Assembly (NCBI GenBank): GCA_942493105.1
Contig: OW818668.1
Span: 1,020,001-1,052,000 of the forward strand
DNA length: 32,000 nt
Source of the DNA: an uncultured Erysipelotrichaceae bacterium
Lineage (GTDB): Bacteria > Bacillota_I > Bacilli_A > Erysipelotrichales > Erysipelotrichaceae
Reading direction: 5' to 3'
Below the pieces are notes generated by a model, which searched no databases, was not told where the DNA came from, and saw only the letters and a list, made by a program, of their open reading frames with translations. Shown one piece after another: positions 17,101-25,330 of this stretch. The position numbers and the translations under genes were made by a program. The first letter of the stretch is position 1. Each line of letters starts with the position of its first letter.

Positions 17101-17970
17101 ATGGCTTTCCAAGGTACGAAAATCAATCCTAAGCGATTTGATAAGTCACAGCTCAAGTTCTACATCGTTTTAGTTCCTATGGCTTTATTCATGGTCTTAC
17201 CGGTCATCTATATCGTCAACCAAGCCTTTAAACCTCTTGATGAACTCTTTATGTTTCCTCCTCGTTTCTTTGTCATAAAACCAACCTTTAAGAACTTCAC
17301 AGATCTGTTTAGGACAGCTTCTACGACAGGGGTTCCTATGTCTCGGTATCTGTTTAATTCCATCGTAGTGACCTTGGTTACAGTCTTTGCGAACATCTTG
17401 GTAACTGCTTCAAGTGCTTATGTCTTAAGTAAAAAGAAATTCAAACTCAAAGGCAGACTCTTTGCCTTAAATCAGATTGCCTTGATGTTTGTGCCGATCG
17501 CAGTAGCGATCCCACGCTTCTTGATCATTAAAAATGTTGGATTAAGCGATAATTTCTTAGCACATATCGTTCCTTTATTGGCCATGCCGATTGGGTTATT
17601 TTTAGTTAAACAATTCATGGATGACATACCAGATGCCTTAATAGAAGCTGCTCGATTAGATGGTGCCAATGATTTTCAGATCTTACTTAAGATCGTCATG
17701 CCTTTGGTTAAACCTGCTTTAGCGACTGTTGGGATCTTGACCTTCCAAGTCGTATGGAATGCGACTGAAAGTTCAAGTTTATACATATCCGATGAGACCT
17801 TAAAAACATTTGCCTTTTATCTAAGTACTTTGACCGCTTCTTCAAATACGATCGCAGGGGCAGGGATGTCTGCAGCAGCCGGTTTGATCATGTTCTTGCC
17901 TAATCTTATTATCTTTATGTTGCTGCAATCTAAGGTCATGAATACCATGACTCATTCTGGGATCAAGTAG
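17101..17970 (+). CDS. Sugar ABC transporter permease (MalG/LplC-like), pair 1
   Basis: Starts 1 nt after the upstream stop. EAA loop '[26 protein letters not shown]'. Six TM helices. Confidence 0.9.
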   Translation: MAFQGTKINPKRFDKSQLKFYIVLVPMALFMVLPVIYIVNQAFKPLDELFMFPPRFFVIKPTFKNFTDLFRTASTTGVPMSRYLFNSIVVTLVTVFANILVTASSAYVLSKKKFKLKGRLFALNQIALMFVPIAVAIPRFLIIKNVGLSDNFLAHIVPLLAMPIGLFLVKQFMDDIPDALIEAARLDGANDFQILLKIVMPLVKPALATVGILTFQVVWNATESSSLYISDETLKTFAFYLSTLTASSNTIAGAGMSAAAGLIMFLPNLIIFMLLQSKVMNTMTHSGIK

Positions 17971-17978
17971 GTGCACCT

Positions 17979-20003
17979 ATGAAAAAGACACTTACACTGA
18001 TAAGTTTGATCATCCTATTGATGAGCATGAGTATCAAAGTCAACGCTTCTTCAGCGACTTCTCCAACTCGTACCTTAGACTTCAAATATAACTTAGTATG
18101 GACCCAAGATGCTTATTTACCTCAGTTAACGGTTACCAACCTTGGTTTAAAGAATCCAACTGATGCGATCATGGATCCCAATGATCATCTCTACATTGCT
18201 GATCGTGGTAACAAACGCATCGTGGAGTATGATACGACGACCAATACTTTGGTTAGAGTCATTACTCATCCTGCACTAAAAACCCCTACAGGTATTTTCT
18301 TAACCCAAAGCGGAGATATTTATGTTGCTGATACTACTGCAGAAGCTGTTATTCGATTTGATAAAGACGGCAACTACATCGAACAATTCAATCGTCCTAC
18401 CACGGCCTCTTTCGGCGATACTCCGTATAAACCCGCTAAAGTAGCGGTCGATAATCGAGGCAATCTGTATATCGTTTCAGAAGGCGTTTATAACGGAATC
18501 ATACAGTTATCATCGAGCGGAGAATTCTTAGGCTATTTCTCTTCCAATAAAGTTTCTTTGAATATTCTTCAGATGCTTCAAGATATCTTTTATACCGATG
18601 CTCAAAAAGCCTTATTGACAGGCAGAGTTCCAACGACCTTCTCCAATGTGTTTATGGATGAAGACGGGATCTTATATTCAACCACCATGGGTGGCATGAT
18701 GCATGGCGTTAAAAAACACAATACGGCTGGCCAAGATATGTTGAGCGAACGCTTTATTTGGGGAGCTGATGACTTCTCCGACATAACAGTCGACAAAGAT
18801 GGCATCATTTATGCGACTGCCAAATCGGGTCAGATCTTCGTTTATACCAATGATGGCCAATTCATATTCTTCTTTGGTTCATTCTATGGAGAATCGGATA
18901 TTGCTGGACTCTTTAGTTCATTGGTATCCATTGCGGTAGATTCTAAAGGCCAATTGTGGACGCTTGATTCTGAGAAATCATTCATTCAGTCTTTTAAAGC
19001 TACAGAGTATGCCCAAAGCATATATAAAGCCACCAAGCTGTTTTCTGAAGGAAGATATGATGAAGCTACAGTCATCTGGAATGATGTCTTAAGGCTCAAT
19101 CAAATGTCTGTGGTGGCTCATAACGGTATAGGTGCGAATCTCTTGTATCAGCAACGTTATAAAGAAGCCATGCTTCATTTTAGAGTCGCAGGCAATCGTT
19201 TCAATTACTCGCAAGCTTTTTGGGAAGTACGTAATACTTGGCTACAATCCCAGCTCAGTTTGATTTTAGGTTCATTTGTGGTTGTGTTTGGATCTTTGAG
19301 ATTGACACGCAAAGCTCGTAAAAAATCAAAATTCATCGCAAAAATGAAATCTTACTATAATCAATTCATCCATTATCGATTTGTCTCAGATGTCTTACTG
19401 GTGCTTAAAGTCATGCGTCATCCAATCGATAGTTTCTATGACATCAAAGCTAAGAAGGCAGGATCATTACTGAGCGCAAGCGTGGTCTATATCGGATTCT
19501 TCCTGATCTTTATTTGGTATACCTTAAGCAAAGGATTTATTTATCAATATCTTTTGATTGAAGATATTGATATGACAGCTGTCGTCATTGGTTTCTTCTC
19601 GCTGACCTTATTGTTTGTATTGTGTAATTATCTGGTGTCTTCGATCAATGATGGGGAAGGCGGTTTATTCGATTTGTTTAAGATGATGGCATATAGTTTT
19701 GGACCGATGATGATTGGGTATGTCCTGATCATTGGTTTATCCTATGTCTTTACTGAAAATGAAGCCTTCTTCTTACAAACGATTGAACAGATCGCTGTCA
19801 TTTGGACAGGCATCAATCTGTTTATGGGTATTCAAGAAACGCATAATTATGAAACAAAAGCAGCATTCAAAAGCATCATCATGACGATCTTGTTTATGTT
19901 GTTGATTGCGGTCATCTTAATGATCGTCATCTTGATGACTGAACAAGTCTATATGTTCTTTGAAGCTCTGTTCAAGGAGGCGCTACGTAATGTACTTTCC
20001 TAA
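17979..20003 (+). CDS. Secreted NHL-repeat beta-propeller plus TPR-like segment fused to a C-terminal Yip1-like polytopic membrane domain (function unknown)
   Basis: Signal peptide 'LLMSMSIKVNA/SS'. About six NHL-like blades ('HLYIADRGNKRIVEYD', 'DIYVADTTAEAVIRFDKDG', 'NLYIVSEGVYNGIIQLSSSG', 'GILYSTTMGG', 'GIIYATAKSGQIFVYTNDG', 'QLWTLDSEKSFIQSF'). TPR-like 'ATKLFSEGRYDEATVIWNDVLRLNQ...YQQRYKEAMLHF'. About 6 TM helices follow from about nt 19240, with 'HPIDSFYDIK' typical of Yip1-domain starts. Confidence 0.6.
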   Translation: MKKTLTLISLIILLMSMSIKVNASSATSPTRTLDFKYNLVWTQDAYLPQLTVTNLGLKNPTDAIMDPNDHLYIADRGNKRIVEYDTTTNTLVRVITHPALKTPTGIFLTQSGDIYVADTTAEAVIRFDKDGNYIEQFNRPTTASFGDTPYKPAKVAVDNRGNLYIVSEGVYNGIIQLSSSGEFLGYFSSNKVSLNILQMLQDIFYTDAQKALLTGRVPTTFSNVFMDEDGILYSTTMGGMMHGVKKHNTAGQDMLSERFIWGADDFSDITVDKDGIIYATAKSGQIFVYTNDGQFIFFFGSFYGESDIAGLFSSLVSIAVDSKGQLWTLDSEKSFIQSFKATEYAQSIYKATKLFSEGRYDEATVIWNDVLRLNQMSVVAHNGIGANLLYQQRYKEAMLHFRVAGNRFNYSQAFWEVRNTWLQSQLSLILGSFVVVFGSLRLTRKARKKSKFIAKMKSYYNQFIHYRFVSDVLLVLKVMRHPIDSFYDIKAKKAGSLLSASVVYIGFFLIFIWYTLSKGFIYQYLLIEDIDMTAVVIGFFSLTLLFVLCNYLVSSINDGEGGLFDLFKMMAYSFGPMMIGYVLIIGLSYVFTENEAFFLQTIEQIAVIWTGINLFMGIQETHNYETKAAFKSIIMTILFMLLIAVILMIVILMTEQVYMFFEALFKEALRNVLS

Positions 20004-22353
20004 ATTGAAATTTAAACAGGTCATTCCTGTTGTGTTGGGGGTGGTGATGAGTGTTCAAGCCATATATGCAACCTATATTCCCAATGCACATGATACAAAA
20101 CTGCCTCCGGATACGATTACGTATGAGATCATGGATCCCAGTAGTTTTGAGTTGCTTTATGAGACAACTGACTTTAAATATTACTTTAAAGATGAACGAG
20201 ATGTGATGGCCGTTGTGGATAAACGCAATGGATATACCTGGAAGACAGGTCTAGACATCGCTTTCAACAAGACTTTAGAAGATGCCTGTGATTTGGTTCC
20301 TGATGATCAAAAGATCAACTGTGAGCCTTTAGAAGATCGTTTAAATACAACTTATACGGGTATGGCCAATTCATTGATCACAGTTGAATATTATGATGTA
20401 TCAAAGTCGATCAAACGTATTTCCAGTGCTTCGATCAACAATGTGAAGAGTACTTTAGGCAAAGTCAATAATTCTGACGATCATTATCGTTTGGATGTCA
20501 CTTTCTCAGAGATCCAATTGAATGTAAAAGTTCATCTGTTGTTTGATGAAGATGGCTTTACTTTAGAAATACGCGATGAAGAGATCACAGGTGATGGTCA
20601 ATCTGTTTTAGCTGCAATTCAATTGATGCCTTTCTTTGGGGCATCAGGCGGACAGAAACTATATTGGGATAATGAATTGGGTGACTTTAAGAAAAAAGTC
20701 CCCAATAAGATGATTGAAGGTTATGTCTTGGTTCCGGATGGTCCAGGCGCTTTGATTCGCTTTGAAGACAGAAATGTAGGATTGACAGCATATACTGGGG
20801 ACATCTATGGTAAAGACCCTGGTGAATGTCAATATTTCTACACCAATGAACAAGGCTTCTTTCCTTTCAAGAACCCAACGATGCCGATTTATGGGATCGC
20901 TCACGGAAATCGCCAAGCTGCCTTTATTGCTTTCTCAACCAAAGGCGCACCATATATGACACTTAATGTTTCTCCAGAAGAAGACATTACTTACTATACT
21001 TATGCGTATCCTCGTTTTGAATACAATCTCTTATTTCATCAAGTCTACAATAAACGAGGTGATGGTTACTTCACATTGATGAAAGAAAGACGTCACTATG
21101 ATGTGGGTATGCGTTATGAATTCTTAGCCAATGATACCGATCGACCTGCAGATTATGTCGGGATGGCATTGACTTATCGTGATTATTTACTCAAGAACAA
21201 GTTATTACCAGATCAAACTCAAAATAAAGATGACATCGGCATTCGTTTAGACTTTGTGATGGCGGATGTTAAAAAGAGTATCTTAGGGGTTGAAGATGTT
21301 GTGGTGACCAGAGCATCCGATGTCAAGAAAATTCTAAATCAACTTCATGAAGATGGCGTCTTCAACATCAACAGTGGATTATTAGGTTGGCAATCTGGTG
21401 GTATCACCTCAGGTCATCCTGGAAAAACAGAGTGGTCTAATGCGATTGGCTCAAAGAGTTCCTTTATGGATCTTATCGAAACAGCCACAGCATTAGGTTA
21501 TGATGTTTCGCTGAGCCAAGACTACATCAAGATCCATCGCGATCAAGTCAATTATGAAACCTCTGCTGCTCGACATGTCAACAGTTGGTATTTGGAAACA
21601 CGGATGTGGGGAGAATATCCAGTCACTGAGTTTGGTTTTGCGAAACCAACGAAATCTGCGGCTTGGATCAAATCTCAAAGTACTGCATTGGCTAAACTCA
21701 AGGTCACTTCGTTTACGATCGATGGGATCTCAAGCACTTTGACCAGTGATTATGATGGTGGCTTTACGTCGCTTGAAGAGTCCATTGCGTTATATCAGAA
21801 AGTTCTTTCAGAACTAGATCCAGCCATCAAGATATCGATGAATGGACCCAATGATTATCTATGGAACTATGTTGACCGCTACTTAAGTGCACCTGTCTTT
21901 TCAACTCAGTTCTTGATTGAAACAGATACCGTGCCTTTCTTACAGCTGGTCTTAAACGATACGATGGAAATGTATGCACCGTATTCTAATTTTTCGTTTT
22001 ATACTCAAAAAGATGTCTTAAGGATGATCGATTATAATCTTTATCCTTCCTTTGCGTTATCCCAAGATCCTGCTTATGTCTTAGCTTTGACCAATGCGAA
22101 TAAATTTTATTCTACAGAATTCACAGAATATGAGTTGTTGATCAATACGATCTATGATGAAGTCAATGGTTCACTAAAAGAAGTCATTGGTGATCAATGG
22201 GTCGATCGTGAAGTTTTAGCCAATGGTATCATCCTTAACACTTATGCTTCAGGAAAACAGATCTTGATCAACTATACTCAAGATCCAACGACTTACCAAG
22301 GAAAAACGGTTAGAGCCCTCTCAGCGATGGTTTTCAAGGAGCTTGCCCAATGA
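19990..22353 (+). CDS. N-terminally membrane-anchored or secreted 787-aa protein of unknown function with glycoside-hydrolase-like architecture
   Basis: ATG 19990 lies 9 nt after AAGGAGG and overlaps the upstream gene by 14 nt. Hydrophobic N-terminus 'VIPVVLGVVMSVQAIYA'. No motif I can assign to a named CAZy family. Alternating beta/alpha-like segments and a C-terminal beta-rich tail 'GIILNTYASGKQILINYTQDPTTYQGKTVRALSAMVF'. Confidence 0.5.
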   Translation: MYFPKLKFKQVIPVVLGVVMSVQAIYATYIPNAHDTKLPPDTITYEIMDPSSFELLYETTDFKYYFKDERDVMAVVDKRNGYTWKTGLDIAFNKTLEDACDLVPDDQKINCEPLEDRLNTTYTGMANSLITVEYYDVSKSIKRISSASINNVKSTLGKVNNSDDHYRLDVTFSEIQLNVKVHLLFDEDGFTLEIRDEEITGDGQSVLAAIQLMPFFGASGGQKLYWDNELGDFKKKVPNKMIEGYVLVPDGPGALIRFEDRNVGLTAYTGDIYGKDPGECQYFYTNEQGFFPFKNPTMPIYGIAHGNRQAAFIAFSTKGAPYMTLNVSPEEDITYYTYAYPRFEYNLLFHQVYNKRGDGYFTLMKERRHYDVGMRYEFLANDTDRPADYVGMALTYRDYLLKNKLLPDQTQNKDDIGIRLDFVMADVKKSILGVEDVVVTRASDVKKILNQLHEDGVFNINSGLLGWQSGGITSGHPGKTEWSNAIGSKSSFMDLIETATALGYDVSLSQDYIKIHRDQVNYETSAARHVNSWYLETRMWGEYPVTEFGFAKPTKSAAWIKSQSTALAKLKVTSFTIDGISSTLTSDYDGGFTSLEESIALYQKVLSELDPAIKISMNGPNDYLWNYVDRYLSAPVFSTQFLIETDTVPFLQLVLNDTMEMYAPYSNFSFYTQKDVLRMIDYNLYPSFALSQDPAYVLALTNANKFYSTEFTEYELLINTIYDEVNGSLKEVIGDQWVDREVLANGIILNTYASGKQILINYTQDPTTYQGKTVRALSAMVFKELAQ

Positions 22354-23378
22354 AAATCTTTAAGAAAAAAGATGCGACGATGATTGCTAAACCTAAGAAA
22401 AAGAAAAAAAGTGGTTTTAAAGAAATAAGCAACCGTTCAGGGTATAAGTTCTTCTTGCCTTGGATGATTGGATTCTTGATTTTTACCGCTTTTCCGTTTG
22501 TGTATACGATCTATTTGAGTTTCAATCAAGTTAAGCTCACTGTTTTTGGTTGGCAAGCCACTTTCAACGGAATTGCGAATTATGTTTCAGCACTTCTAAG
22601 AAATCCGGATTATACCCCAGCCTTGATTCAGTTCATCTTAGCGGAAGTGGTCTATGTGCCTGTCATCGTGACCGTGGCCTTGATCCTTGCGATCTTGATG
22701 AATGGCGATTTTAAATTCAGGACTGTATTTAGAGTCATTTATTTCTTGCCGGTCATCGTTATTTCAGGGACCGTCATGACACAGTTGATGAGCAGTGGGA
22801 ATGTCCAATTGGGAAATGTAAGACAAGTCTTTATCTTTCAGATTTTATCTTCATACTCACCAGCTTTAGCGGACATCGTTGTATTCCTATTCAATAACTT
22901 TGCGATCGTCTTATGGTTCTCAGGGATCCCAATCGTCTTATTCCTCAATGGTCTGCAAAAGATCAACACTTCATTATTTGAAGCAGCTCAGATCGATGGG
23001 GCAACCTCATGGCAGATCTTATGGAAAATCACTTTACCGATCATACGACCCATCATCTTGGTTGCGACCATCTTTACGATCGTTCAATTGGGGATGTTTC
23101 CCATCAATCCCGTCTACGGGATGATCCAGACCGCCATCTTCGATACAGTGGCAGGACTTGGGGTCGCATCGGCTTATGCTTGGATCTACTCGCTGACGGT
23201 CATCATCTTACTGGGCATTGCCTTCTTCTTACTGAAAGATCATTCTAAAGATTATCAATATGTGGATGTGGTCAGACTACAAGATATTAAACTTCAAAAA
23301 ATGAGAAAACGCGTTAAACGGCAGCAAGAATGGAATGAATTCTTTAGAAAGAAAGGCGTCAAACATGGAAAAAACTAA
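22350..23378 (+). CDS. Sugar ABC transporter permease (MalF-like), pair 2, with a basic cytoplasmic C-terminal tail
   Basis: ATGA overlap with the upstream gene; SD AAGGAG 8 nt upstream. EAA loop 'EAAQIDGATSWQILWKITLPIIRPI'. Tail 'KLQKMRKRVKRQQEWNEFFRKKGVKHGKN'. Confidence 0.9.
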   Translation: MKIFKKKDATMIAKPKKKKKSGFKEISNRSGYKFFLPWMIGFLIFTAFPFVYTIYLSFNQVKLTVFGWQATFNGIANYVSALLRNPDYTPALIQFILAEVVYVPVIVTVALILAILMNGDFKFRTVFRVIYFLPVIVISGTVMTQLMSSGNVQLGNVRQVFIFQILSSYSPALADIVVFLFNNFAIVLWFSGIPIVLFLNGLQKINTSLFEAAQIDGATSWQILWKITLPIIRPIILVATIFTIVQLGMFPINPVYGMIQTAIFDTVAGLGVASAYAWIYSLTVIILLGIAFFLLKDHSKDYQYVDVVRLQDIKLQKMRKRVKRQQEWNEFFRKKGVKHGKN

Positions 23379-24324
23379 ACGAATCTGGGCTTTAGTCAAA
23401 CGAAAACTGTTGGGTTATAACCTAAGTGACGGCTATCTCTATAAGACAGCTGTCTATATCTTACTGATTGCGATCGCGTATGTTTTCTTGTATCCGCTTT
23501 TACGCATGATTTCATATTCCTTCATGTCGACTCAAGACATCATCAATCCTGAGATCGACTGGATCCCAATCAGTCCAACCTTGACCAATTTAAAAGTTGC
23601 TTGGACCGTTATGAGTATGCCGTGGACTTTATTGAACTCACTGTGGTTTGCGGGAGCTTTAGCATTGGCTCAAACTTTGATTTCAGCCCTAACAGGGTAT
23701 GCGTTTGCCCGTTATGAATTTAAGTTTAAAAGTTTCTGGTTTGGGATGGTATTGATGAGTTTCGTTATTCCAATTCCAGTTGTTTTGATTCCACGTTGGA
23801 TGATGTTTGTCACCACGCAAAATATCTTAGATTTTAAGTTGATTGGAACTGTTATTCCGCAGCTGATGTTGGCGATCGCAGGTCAAGGTGTGTATTCAGC
23901 CATCTTGATCTTGATCTTCTATAACTTCTTTAAGATGATTCCAGTTGTTTTGGATGAAGCGGCTAAGATCGATGGAGCCAGTAATCTACAAGTCTTTTAT
24001 CACATCATCCTAAAGATGTCGGTACCCACCATCATCACCGTCTTTCTGTTTGCCTTTGTTTGGAATTACAATGAAACCTATGTGACGGGAACCTTCTTGC
24101 GTTCTGCCTTAAAAGTCATGCCGATGCAGTTGGGACTCTTTGACTCCATCTTTGAGAAGATGTCTGCCCCGATCCCAAATGCGCCTGGAGGGCAATTTAG
24201 GCTGAATGAATCGTATAAGATGGCCGCAACACTGATCACGATGGCACCTATGATGATCATGTATCTATTCGTTCAAAAACAATTTGTCGAAGGGATTGAA
24301 AAAACAGGGATTACAGGAGAATAA
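23365..24324 (+). CDS. Sugar ABC transporter permease (MalG-like), pair 2
   Basis: EAA loop 'EAAKIDGASNLQVFYHIILKMSVPTI'. Six TM helices. The start is ambiguous (ATG 23365 or 23335); both overlap the upstream gene. Confidence 0.88.
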   Translation: MEKTKRIWALVKRKLLGYNLSDGYLYKTAVYILLIAIAYVFLYPLLRMISYSFMSTQDIINPEIDWIPISPTLTNLKVAWTVMSMPWTLLNSLWFAGALALAQTLISALTGYAFARYEFKFKSFWFGMVLMSFVIPIPVVLIPRWMMFVTTQNILDFKLIGTVIPQLMLAIAGQGVYSAILILIFYNFFKMIPVVLDEAAKIDGASNLQVFYHIILKMSVPTIITVFLFAFVWNYNETYVTGTFLRSALKVMPMQLGLFDSIFEKMSAPIPNAPGGQFRLNESYKMAATLITMAPMMIMYLFVQKQFVEGIEKTGITGE

Positions 24325-24325
24325 A

Positions 24326-25330
24326 TTGGATAAAATCAGAGCCGTTAATTTAGGGGGTTGGTTGGTTTTAGAGCATTGGATGAGGCCTACATTATTTGAA
24401 GGCATCAAAGGCTATGATGAGACTGAGTTCAGTCTGCAAGCCAAGGATCTTAAAAAACAACTCGATGATCATCGAGAAAGCTTCATCGTTGAAGAAGACT
24501 TCAAATGGATCAAAGACCACGGCTTAAACGTGGTCAGAGTTCCTTATCCGTATTGGTTGTTTGGCGATATTGAGCCCTATTATGGCTGTGTCGATAAGTT
24601 AGATCAAATCATGGATTGGGCACATAAATATGATTTAAAAGTACTTTTAGATTTACACACAGCACCTGGTTGTCAAAATGGTTTTGACAATGGAGGTCAG
24701 TTGGGTGTTTTGACTTGGCATACCAAACCTGAAAATCTTGCTTTAACTTTAGAGATCTTAGATAAAGTTGCCTTAAGATATAAGAATCATCCGGCTTTAT
24801 GGGGCATGCAGGTGCTCAATGAACCGCATTGGACCTATGAGATCTCGTTTATGGAAGCCTTCTATGAAGATGCGTATCGTCATCTTAGAGCCATCCTCAA
24901 ACCTGAAACTGAGATCGTTTTTCATGATGCCTTTAGACACAAAGCTTGGAAGTCTTTCTTTGAGAATAAGACCAATGTCATCTTGGATCTTCATCTGTAT
25001 CAAGGCTTCGATGAGAAATTCGCTCAAGCAGGAATAGATAAAAACGTCGTGTATCCTTTAGAACATTACCCCGCAATCCTCAGTGAGATATCATCCTATG
25101 TGCGTTGTATCGTAGGGGAATGGTCACTGGGTCTTAATCCCAAAAACTTTAAAGACGTGGATGACTTTAATAAAACCTGTGGTTTAAGAGCCTTTGGAGC
25201 CACTCAACTCTTAGCCTTTGAGCAGTGTTATGGTTGGGTTTTTTGGAACTATAAAATTGAAGATGTAAACAGTGGCTGGAACTTTAAGAGTCTGGTTGAG
25301 AAAGGGATCTTACCTCATGATTATCGCTAA
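24326..25330 (+). CDS. GH5 exo-beta-1,3-glucanase-like enzyme (fungal Exg1-like subfamily), cytoplasmic
   Basis: Motifs 'RAVNLGGWLVLEHWMRPTLF', 'LLDLHTAPGCQNGFDNGG', 'MQVLNEP' (acid/base) and 'VGEWSLG' (nucleophile). Likely TTG start at 24326, 5 nt after AGGAGA and 1 nt after the permease stop. The track ORF start at 24284 is also a TTG and lacks an SD. Confidence 0.88.
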   Translation: MDKIRAVNLGGWLVLEHWMRPTLFEGIKGYDETEFSLQAKDLKKQLDDHRESFIVEEDFKWIKDHGLNVVRVPYPYWLFGDIEPYYGCVDKLDQIMDWAHKYDLKVLLDLHTAPGCQNGFDNGGQLGVLTWHTKPENLALTLEILDKVALRYKNHPALWGMQVLNEPHWTYEISFMEAFYEDAYRHLRAILKPETEIVFHDAFRHKAWKSFFENKTNVILDLHLYQGFDEKFAQAGIDKNVVYPLEHYPAILSEISSYVRCIVGEWSLGLNPKNFKDVDDFNKTCGLRAFGATQLLAFEQCYGWVFWNYKIEDVNSGWNFKSLVEKGILPHDYR

